Source: Rhodosorus marinus CCMP1338 (Eukaryota > Plantae > Rhodophyta). From it: a DNA stretch of 64,000 nt. The DNA lies in contig JAMWBK010000004.1 of NCBI GenBank assembly GCA_029953675.1, positions 2,728,001 through 2,792,000 on the forward strand, given 5' to 3'. The first letter of the stretch is position 1; each line of letters opens with the position of its first letter. Below, one piece after another: positions 27,543 through 37,569 of the stretch. A program made the translations under genes and the position numbers. The notes beneath the pieces were generated by a model that worked only from the letters and a program-made list of their open reading frames with translations, ran no database searches and was not told where the DNA came from.

Positions 27543-28251
27543 ATGAAACTGCTCATGCCTAAATCCTTCAAGCCGGAGCAACAGACCACCCTCACCAAGG
27601 ATGAGCTCTTCCAACAATGCATCGACTTGGCGTCAAAACGAGAACAATCAAAATAATTTTTAAAAGCCAATCATATTCTCGTAAATCTCAAGATCAGTCA
27701 ATTCAGATATTAAACGAATAAAATATACTCCCGCAAGTCATTTAACTTGTCTATTGGCTTATATAATAATGAATAGATGTATTATTATCAACACATAACA
27801 TTGATTAATCCAAGATTGATGCAGGTTATTTTTTTAGGATTTCTTTTTTCGTATGTGGCATGAAGGCGGGTGGATTGGGGGTCATAAGATCCGGTTTTTG
27901 GTAGTTGGGAAGGGTGGGGAGTAAGGAGGGTAACTATTTGGTTTGCAAGTTGGAAGGAAACGAGTAGAGAAAGGATTTTGAAAGCTTATATAGGGATCTG
28001 TTGCCTTTCTTCATTTTTTGTTTTTGCGGTGGTTTGTTTGGTTTTTGATTTTTGTAGTTTATGGACGGGTGTTTGGGTTGGTGGTGCTAACGATTGAGAA
28101 GGGTGGGTTGAAGTGGAACGTAGGATATAGGTTTGTTCCTAAGGAGAGAGTGTTTTGGAAATTGCTGCTTTTGAGGTGGTGTGGGGTTTGTTTTTACTAC
28201 TGCGGACTTTTTGCTGGTAGAAAGGACGGCGTTTGGTGGAAACAGAGCACG

Positions 28252-28833
28252 ATGGTGATGATGGGATCTGAATCGGTGGTGTTTGTGAAAGGTGCGAACC
28301 TGAATCAGTACGTTCAGCAGACGGTAGTTTTTGCTGGGAAGGTAGGTTTCTTGCAAATCAATTCGAGGTAGAGGAGGTGCTATCAGCTTGCTCCTGTCTG
28401 CTTGGCGCTTTATCTGCATGGAGAACTCGCATTCGAGCTTGATCACTTCTGACTCGTGCGATTCGTCGAATCGATTTTACTCTTTCCCCTTAGGTGATGT
28501 CCACTCAAGGAGATATTCTAACGTTGCAGACGGGAGATGACGTATCAGTTCAATTGCAAAAGAATCCAGCCACGACCGTTTCTTCTTCGTTTATTTTGGT
28601 CAAGGGCGTGGTTATCCCAAACTCTCCTGTGCGGGAAGTCCAGATCTATTCGCTGGGAGAAAGTTTCGGTAATGGAATTCCGATTGAGCTCTGACAGGCC
28701 TGGAATACTCATTTTTAGTTAGATTGGAAATGGCTGATCTGCTATTTATTCGTTGCTTCCCGTAGATCTACAGAACTTTTCGAAGATGGTTGAGCTTTCC
28801 AGCAACCCTGCTTTTAAGGGAATTTTTGCATGA
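28252..28833 (+). CDS. RPA3: Replication protein A 14-kDa subunit
   Basis: Exons 28252-28341, 28494-28668 and 28766-28833 total 333 nt (110 aa): FVKGANLNQYVQQTVVFAGKV...FILVKGVV...LGESFDLQNFSKMVELSSNPAFKGIFA. This matches the RPA3 OB-fold pattern. Confidence 0.85.
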
Positions 28834-29110
28834 ACTGTACATTGCTGCATGACCCCGAGGCTGCGGGCAATCTTATCGCGAGGGAGTGCTCGTATTCTGA
28901 CAGAGCAATCGAGCGCAGCGGAGAACTTTTCGAATCTGCGGCTTTTGTCCAGTTAGTCAAGCTATCCTATGCTCCTTGAGCTTCCAATAATCCTGTTTAC
29001 ACGGCCAGAGAATGAAGAGCAATATCCAAAACGCCCGGTGACAGTTTTCTAGCACTGGAGATCCTGTAGTACTAGTTTGTATTCTTTGCGCAATAAATGC
29101 TATTTTACTT

Positions 29111-30735
29111 CTAGCAATCTCCATGGAAAGAAAAGTTATTTTCGTTTCCCGAGTTGTCATATCTCCGGGGCCATCTTTGATCACAAACCCAGTTTCCATC
29201 TACTACAAACTTGAAATCGTAAGCGCCGTACTCGAGCAAAAGATCCCTAGTCCAAGCGTTTCCTTTCCGCATGAGTTCAACCTAACCCACAAAACGCGAC
29301 CACAAGAACGTAGTTATGTTGAGAATCCGTTCGCAAGAAGATGCGCAGTCCAGCCGCGACAAGCTATTATGATTCCTGCGTACCGGTTTCCAGTCGCTGA
29401 AAGTTCCAGCAATCGCCACGCTGTGAGCGTTCCAACTGTCCCAGGTGAAATTTTTGTTCTGTTTCCCTGCGATGATGACGTTGTTCACGTTTCCCTTCTC
29501 ATCCCAGCAAGAAGTCATGTTGCTATTCAGCTCCCAGCTGGTGAAAACCGAATCAACGACAAATCTCGCAGAGTAAGAAAAAAATTCGTCTGTCTCTGTC
29601 GAAGCATGGTGCCACCAGGATGCTTCGATCGTCCATTCTCTTACCTTCCATCGATGAAGAATTTCATCGTGTTCTTTCCAGGAGGAAGCTCAAGGTCCAG
29701 ATAGGCCTTCCCGCTGTCTATTCTCATCGCCACAAATTCCCAATTGGAGAACGTACCAGCGACGAAAGCTGAAGTGCGAACCTAAAGGGCCAGGTTCACA
29801 CAGCGTAATATTTAGAGGTGCAGGGCATACAACGTGGACCAGGCTAGTATATCAGCGCCAACACGCACCTTGGTACTTGTCCATGTCACTCTCGCGGTGA
29901 CTGTTCCAACTCTCAGGACGTTGTTTACGTTGCCGAATTCGTCAGTGATGATCTCCTTTGTTTGATCACAAATCCAGTTCCCGTCAACGACGAACTTGTA
30001 GCTGTAGATGCCTGGTCCAAGAGGAAGAAAGCGTCTCCAATGGTTGCCCTGTCGTGACAATTTAACCTGAGAGGTTGCCGGAAGAAAAATGTTCAGAATA
30101 CGCCATCCAGGCAGTGCGAAAAGGAACGGAGGCCTCCATTTTCATACCGGTTTCCAGTTTGAGAATGTCCCAGCAATGCAAACATCGTACGCGCTCTGAG
30201 TACTGAAAACCATTTCTACCGGATGCGTTTCTCCGGTAGAAGGCCCGAAAATTTTTGCGTCCAGCATTTCAGCTGAACCACCATTCTCCGACAAAGCCCC
30301 ATCCTCGGTCACCAGTGACACTCTGGAGACCGGCGGGGTCAACGGACTGATAATATTGGCTGTGCTCATATGCCTTGGGCTAACACTGTCTCGATCATCC
30401 TAAGCAGTTGAAGAGAAACGATTCCCATCGTGTGAGAACAAAGGTATGCCGAAAAAAACAACAACGCTGAATAAGCTGAATCGTACATAAAAACCAGAGC
30501 CATCCATCTGCCCGAGGAACTCCTCCAGCTCCAAATCTTGTTCGGCTATTGGAGTTGAAGATATAGACGACGTCTTGCTCCCCTTTCGCTTCAATTTTCG
30601 CACATGCTCTGCTCTCCAAGTCTTCGATCTTCTCCTGGCCATGGGATAAAGCGTCGTCCCGCTATGCGATTCGTTCATAAAAATTGACGCGGACGTTGAC
30701 GGCCAGTTTAGATAGTTTGGATACATGTCCTCCAT
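29111..30735 (-). CDS. Protein with three tandem CBM48 (AMPK-beta glycogen-binding type) domains
   Basis: Three units of AGTFSxW...YxF(F)VDG...GNxNN. No AMPK-beta ASC domain before the stop at 29111. No transit peptide evident. Confidence 0.85.
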
Positions 30736-32499
30736 GTCGAACAAACAGCTTTTGGGGTGGAGCCCCGACAACACTCTGCGAGAAAACTGGCAGAAGCTCC
30801 ACAAGATTATACACAAGACCACAAACACCAACGTTTCTTACAAACTCCACACTGCCATTGTACAAGTCAAGTACTCCTAAAGTTTGACAATAAACTCATA
30901 AAAAAGCAAACACTCACTCCCTTCAATCCTTCTGCTTCACCCCCTCTACCAACTTCCCGCCATCTCAATCCGAAAACCATCCTTTTAATCAAAAAGTCTT
31001 CCTCATCACATCCGCGTGACATTTCAAAAGAGCGGGACTTCCGGCCGGGTTGTGTGTGTTGGGGAACTGTTCTAATTCATCATCTAGCTAAACTATCCAT
31101 CTCTGCAGTTGCATAAAAGTCATTCACAGTCAATCAGCCTAGCTAGCTAGCTAACCTACTGTCTTCTCTGAGATCAAGACAGCGCGAAAGCCCAGTTTGT
31201 GCGAAACTTCTCCTTTTGTGGAAATGTTAGTTGGCTTTCCTAATGGTCCTGGGAAAGACGAGGGGTATCTAACACGACGTTTCACGAAACAGAAACAATT
31301 TTCTTCTGGAATGATTGACTATACACGGAAAACGGGTAGGAAGGGTTTATAAAATGTCAGATCTCCTACACTCTCTAATAACTCACTATAACTCCTCCCA
31401 CATGAAGCGACCTGAAAACCGTTCTTCAAAACAAGCGATTTTGATCTCAGAATATCAAATCGTCCAAAACGGTGCAAAAAAGGCCGCCCGCCGCGAACAG
31501 GAAGAAAAGAGTAACGACTACCATAATATCCAATTGAAATTTTAATATTTCAAAGGCCATCTTCCAAACATTTCATTTTCCTTCAGATATTAAATATCGT
31601 TTTTAAATAAAAATGAAACGTCGAGATATGCTGGTGGCCACCGTGTAATAAAATAAGCTTTTTTTGAAACAATATATGATATGTTTCATAAATATCAAAC
31701 TTTATTTACTCGGTATTGATGAAAAACGGAACTTATTTAGAAGATATTCCACGTCGGTCGATTTTTATATGTTGGTTGATGCAATTGATTTTGTCCTTTG
31801 GGAATTTTTGTGCATGATGTAGATAATTGGATAATGTCGTTTAGATACGTTGAGTATTATACCAATGGGAATGGAATAATAGTCCAGTATGCGTTTTTAT
31901 TTTTCTTAGAAGAGGATCGTTTTTATTTGAAATAAGTTTGAAAAAAGAATAATAATATTGATTGTATTTTTTTCTTCATTAAGAATGAGATTGTCAACCA
32001 ATGATTTTGAAGGTGGAAATATTGAAATATCGATCAGATTGCGTGTTATTTGTATCATTCTGGAAGACATAGACTTACAGAGGGAGTTCCAGGGATTCTG
32101 CGCGAGGTTGAAGGTGGAACAATGCACTCGTTGTGAGGGTCATTCCCCAGATTTTGCATATGTGACATAGTGTAAGAGCTGGATAGAGAGCAAAAGGGAC
32201 CCGACCTATCTACAAAAACATTCACGTAGGCGCTTGTACACAGGAGTTCATTGTACATTTGGTAAGGTCGGCAGGTCGGAGTTTCTCAAAAGTACTCTCC
32301 AAAGTGAACGGGTTATGCACGGAGACGAAGAAAATTTGGTCCTTGGCTTGATGGCTTTTACTAAGACGCCGGAGGCTCACTCATTGATTTCTTTGAATTC
32401 GCCATTGCTGTTCGTTTTGTAACATTCGGCAGGTCCCCTGGACCGTTTGTCATACCTTGCCCCACCTTGTAGGAATGATCTTCTAAACTTGCTTCCACC

Positions 32500-32541
32500 T
32501 GCGGGAACAGTATTTGCCTACCGGCAAATACTGTTCCCGCA
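32500..32541. repeat. Perfect 19-bp inverted repeat with a 4-nt loop
   Basis: TGCGGGAACAGTATTTGCC-tacc-GGCAAATACTGTTCCCGCA, checked base by base. Confidence 0.95.
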
Positions 32542-32764
32542 CGTTACCACGTGCTAACGCATCCCAATCTCTTTGCCGTGCTCTGAAGCCTGCTTGAAAA
32601 CACCAGGCATAGTCTTGAGGTTACGTACTTCCGCTTCTGTTCGTGGCTGTACCCAAGCGTTGAGCTTCGCAACAAGCCCATCAGGGCCCCATTCAGCCTC
32701 TATATTGCGAATTAAACCCTACAAACTTCACTGATTCGAGAGACCCAAACTCGCGTGCTTCTTT

Positions 32765-32928
32765 TTCCATTTCGCTTAAGCCTTCTCTGTGGCTCTTGGA
32801 GGGCCTACGGTACTACCGACGGAGGGCCAAGTCACCTCATTGTTTCAGACCATATCCACGTTGCTCACAGAGGAAAGTACGCTCCTAGGGTCGTTGACGA
32901 GGGGTAGTCGGGATGTATTCCATTTCGC
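32765..32928 (+). repeat. ~130-bp copy of a methyltransferase coding segment flanked by an 11-bp direct repeat
   Basis: 32781-32910 matches 34042-34172, with about 15 differences by manual count. TTCCATTTCGC occurs at both 32765-32775 and 32918-32928. Confidence 0.85.
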
Positions 32929-33404
32929 CGAAATAGTATCTGCAGGCGCTGGCGTCCCAGTATGCACCTTCAGGATGATGACCTGAATATGGTACACTCA
33001 TCGTCCTTTCAGAGCTGCTCGTGCCCCTCGTGTGACCAGTCAACACCAACCACGATGCCGAATCATAGCAGCAGGAAGCAAGAACCTAAGCTCGGGCTGG
33101 TCACTGCATCTCCTCGGATCCTAAGTGGTGTGGAAATCTTATGGAATCGACTACGTGTCTATATCTCAGCGCTAAAAGCGAACTTGTTCAGCTTCGGCTC
33201 AAATGCGAGGATTCGAAAGAGCAAAAGTTCGTCTAGTAAACACTGCATATGTATGACGCGGAAGTCGTGAGAGGAACGGCTCTTTTAGAAGCACATCAGA
33301 TCGTCTGAAGTCGCGAAAGACCGTTTGGGTTTCGTTTCTTTGGTGCCTAGCTCGTTGATTTTGCGAGCAGATTCTTTTTTTGCTTGGTTTTCCCGCATCT
33401 GAGG

Positions 33405-34512
33405 ATGGTTCTCGTATGGTTTCTGGGACTTGCAGCAGTTGCAACAGTATGTCGGCTTCGTAGGAGTAAAACAAGCTCTGAAAAGAAGACTGGGAGCGCG
33501 GCGAAGATCAATGAGGACCTTGTCGCGTATTCGTCGCAGATCATATGCATTCGGCGCGCAGTGGAATCCGAGCAGGAGAACCCCTTGTTTGTTGATCCGC
33601 TAGCTGCAGTTTTGGCTGGTGACTACGAAGGTGATGGCAAGCGCTCCCCGAGGATTTCGATTCGGACCAAATACTTCGATGACTTTTTGGAATCAGCCGT
33701 ATCGACTGGCACCGTTAAACAGATTGTTCTGCCAGCTGCTGGCATGGATTCTCGAGCATATCGTCTTGTCGTTCCGGAAGATGCAACTACCTACGAAATC
33801 GATCAAGAAATCGTTGTAGAGACGAAAGAAAAGCTGATCGCGGAGGTATGAAGGACTTCGTGCAGGCCTTAAAATCTCATCCAAACTAATGTTCAAGACG
33901 CCGTAATATGATTTTATCCTTTGTCTGCGACAGGCTTCTGAAGCGTTTGTTCCAAAATGTCACCTCAAACGAATAAGGGCAGATCTGAACAATAAGAATT
34001 GGGGCGAAAAACTCATCGAGGCTGGTTTCAAACCTTCAGAACCTTCTGTGTGGCTCTTGGAGGGCCTGCTGTACTATCTTACGGAAGATCAAGTCATCTC
34101 ATTGTTTCAGACCATATCCACTTTGCTCACAGAGGAAAGCACGCTCCTAGCGTCGTTGACCCGGGGTAGTCGAAAGGACAATAGAGGCAAGCGCTTCAAC
34201 TTGAGAATCAAAGCCTGCATCTCAGTCTTGTCTAAGCTTTCAGTAAGATTTCGTGATCTGACCAGTTCAGTTTCGCGATGTTCAATGGCAGATATAGACA
34301 AACTCGACTCCAAGAGGCCGGCGACGGCTCCTTCATTAACGTCAAAGTTCAAGTGGTCCTGCGACAAACCTGAAGAGTTTTTCTCTTCACTCAACTTCAC
34401 AGTAGTTGACTCAGTACCTGTAGGATCGGAGAAAGCCAACTATGGCATCTGGAACAGACCCGACGTTTCGAGCGTCATCTATGTCTCAATGAAGCCGCGC
34501 ACGGGAGACTGA
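33405..34512 (+). CDS. SAM-dependent methyltransferase, LCM/TIGR00027-like, with N-terminal hydrophobic anchor
   Basis: LFVDPLAAVLAG, IRTKYFDDFL, QIVLPAAGMDSRAYRL, YEIDQ, IRADL, PSVWLLEGLLYYL. One intron at ~33846-33933. Confidence 0.9.
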
Positions 34513-34667
34513 CATTGATCCCGGGATAGCCTACTGTGCGGGTTTGGCGGACATGATGTTCAATAGTCACGCAGAAGAACCTCTTCCCGATGCTCGCGAC
34601 AAGGTGGTGAGGTGTGCTATGATACAATCAAGCAGGATGCGATTTCGGCTCCAACCGGTATTCAAAA

Positions 34668-36726
34668 TTATGGCACGTTTAGAGCCAACATGTCTCGTAC
34701 ATGGGACTCCGTCCCCATGCCGACAAGGACAAAATCGGCTTGATCCAGTTGCCCCTAAATGGCGTTGAGAGAATCCGTACGCGCACTAATGTGAGCTGGG
34801 GCAGGGTGTGTGACAGCTTATGTGCGGGTCTTGTTGTGCACACTTACAAGAAGCCAACGAACAGCGAAATGGTGCAAGCTCTCATCCTTGCCCCATTTCA
34901 GGTCTCCAAAAGCTCCTACCGATTCAAGTAGCCTGACTTCCTCCACGACCGCTTCATATCGATTGTAAGCGATCCAATTCTGAAGCCTGCTTGGAGAAGA
35001 GCCGAATAAATTGCGGCGGCGACTGTTAGAAGTTTCTCTGATCAAGCTTCCACAACGATCGTGCTAAAAATTCTGGGCTTCTCACGTGTCAAAAAACCCG
35101 TTGGCCTCCGAAACAAGGACGGCGTTGATTTCCTGCTTCTGCTTCAGCAGTTCTGTTATGTACGGCATGATTGATGCTGACATCGTATTTTGGAAATCGA
35201 CAATAGAAAAGAATTCACCTGGAGCAGTACAAAGCAAAGCGCAGAGAATTCGTCCAAACGTGAACAGGCTTCGTCTTCGAAGGTGCACACGGCTCCTTGT
35301 ATACCTGCCAACGTACCTTTCATACTATCACATTGCTTCAAGACCGCTGCAAGGTCTTCCATACCGTTGTCATTCAGATTCTGCAGAATTTTTTCCAACT
35401 CCAGCTCATAGGCGGTCACGGGAAACGCTCTTGTCAACCTAACGCAATGTTAACGGCATTGTTCAAGCTTAACAGAAGCCAAACTAAATCCGAACCTGGC
35501 AACTTAAAAGATGCGACTTGCTCAATACCTCATACTACAATTTCTGGCATCTGAGTACGCGTTGAATGGTCTTGTAATCCCTACTCTGATCTCGTTCCTT
35601 TTGGCCCAGCCAGCTGCTCCGTTGCAATCAAAAGCTGATCTTTCCAGCAAGTTTGCAGGCATTTGGATTACCTGTTCGAGTATGAAACGCAGATGTATAA
35701 GTCTTCACCGCGTGTTTTTGACCAAACAGCCTTTCTGGATCAGAAGTTCATACCTTGAAGTGATGTGTTTCGGCGCCAACTCGGTAAGCAGCTGACTTTG
35801 CCAGGGAGAGGAGCTGGTCGCAAGCGATACCGATCGGATTGTCATTCCACGTCTCCACGAAGACGTTGGATGAGATGCCATAGCCACGAATCCTTCCACT
35901 TTGACACTGGTTCTCGAGAACCGCGAATGCGTCCTCGAGATGCTTGGCAAACTGATCCTGCTTCGCCTGTATTCTTGTGTCTTCCTTCGTCGTTATGTCA
36001 TCGAGTACGAGCAGGCCTTCCAGAAGAACCTATTGTAGACATAGAGGGGTAACGGTGCTCTGCTCAGGTCGATTCCAGTTCCAGGACGACAAGCATCGGG
36101 TTTGACGAGCTGTGAACATACTTCCGGGTTTTGAAGTAGATAGTAGTCAACATAGTCCGTGCGTAACCTCTGGAGGGAACTAGATATTTGCGATTTCAGA
36201 AACTCAGGATCAAGACTGTACAATCCCTCCGTTGAGAAAGGAACGGTGTTCTCTGGGATTCGATTTTGCTGTTGCAGATTTCTTAGCTCGAATCCTTCTA
36301 AATAGCCTGCTTTGGACACGATGAGGACCTCTTCTCTTGAGACCTTGCTCTCGCTGAGCAGCTTCTCTAAAACCTCCCCAATGAGCTGTTCCGATCTCCC
36401 ATCACCCCTAAAAACAATAAAGCGAAATCGCGGGTCATCGTCGTCCACGTAAGAATACAATCAGGTCATCACTTGCCGTGAAAGGAACATTGCAGAAACC
36501 GATCTATCAGAACATACCAGCTCGCCGCTGTGTCAACGACCTGAACTCCAGACACTAGCGCAGTTTCAAGTGCCCTTCTATGTTTCTGAATATCATTCGA
36601 AAGCCTATACCCTCCCAACCCGATCCTCCCAGGATCGACCACGGCCATCGAAACAGAAATCCATCTCCTCCTCTTCCAAGTCCTACAACCAGACACACCC
36701 GCTACGTTGCCCACAAAAAGTAACAT
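34668..36726 (-). CDS. Plastid-targeted aldo/keto-reductase-fold protein (catalytic Tyr and His substituted)
   Basis: MLLFVGNV transit-like start; IGLGGYR; DTAASW|GDGRSEQLIG; VSKAGY; SLQRLRTDYVDYYLLQNPE; GRIRGYGISSN; VIQMPANLLE; C-terminal VLVGMGTESHV. Confidence 0.88.
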
Positions 36727-37163
36727 CCCTAAAAGATCTCAACAGCACAAAACTATGCAAATATCCAAAACGGAAACCAGGAAACAAGATATATACACTT
36801 GCTTCAAACCCTCCCCCCAACCCAAACAATTCTCACGCAAAGAGCAACCAACCAAACGTTCACCGCTGATGGTGTCCGATTCCCATTCCCCCTCCGAGGG
36901 CCATTTCCTTTAATACCAATCTCAATGGCACCAGCCAGATGAAAATCTGGATATATAGAATAACAAAAACAATTACAATTAATCGAACGATTCCCCTCAA
37001 ATTTTCATAAAATTTGAATGTTGATGATATACCGCAAAATTTCGATGGCGTCTTTTGGTTTGGTGAAAACTCTTGCTTAATGTATAAGAATTGATTATTG
37101 TGGTCATGATATAGCGAGAGGAGAGATGGATTGCTGAATGGTTTGACCGTTGTCGATCCGACA

Positions 37164-37466
37164 ATGAGGCGGGTTTGGAGGTGCGGCATGATTTCGAGTG
37201 TTGTTCAGAAACAGGTGAGGGCCTTTGGTACTTCGACGTGGATTGGAATGTCAGTCGATGACAACTCCGATGATGCGTTGTAGAAAAGGGGCGCGGCGAG
37301 GAGGATTCGTCTTCGGGTTTGCTGCTCCCCTAACGCCCCCCTGAGGGATATCCCATTTACCAACAAGGGTACGGTATCTGAAGCTGCTGCTCGCGTGCAG
37401 AAGAATGGATTCAAGCGTTTTTCTGTGCTTGCTTCTGCAATAGGACATGGTTCACCTCCGGAATGA
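37164..37466 (+). CDS. Possible small spliced ORF with a mitochondrial-presequence-like start
   Basis: MRRVWRCGMISSVVQKQ is followed by a GTGAG...TTGTAG 69-nt intron candidate and an open frame to TGA 37466. Several alternative splicings are possible; no homology recognised. Confidence 0.25.
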
Positions 37467-37569
37467 AAGCCTTCTCAATATCGTGGGTATGTGCAAACGT
37501 AGAATTTAACAGTCATCTGGGTCATCCCTCGTATGGTACAAATACAATTCGGCTGTAGTACTGTTCAAA

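Larger units (their letters stand above)
32079..33085 (-). pseudogene. Disrupted multi-exon gene of unknown family (possibly beta-propeller/SMP-30-like start)
   Basis: AG/GT-bounded open exons read ...HHPEGAYWDASACRYYFGEME[insertion]KEAREFGSLESVKFV/GLIRNIEAEWGPDGL...TEAE|KIIPTRWGK|... The frame is broken by a 153-bp insertion, a +1 G near 32717-32719 and a premature TGA. The family call is weak. Confidence 0.45.
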
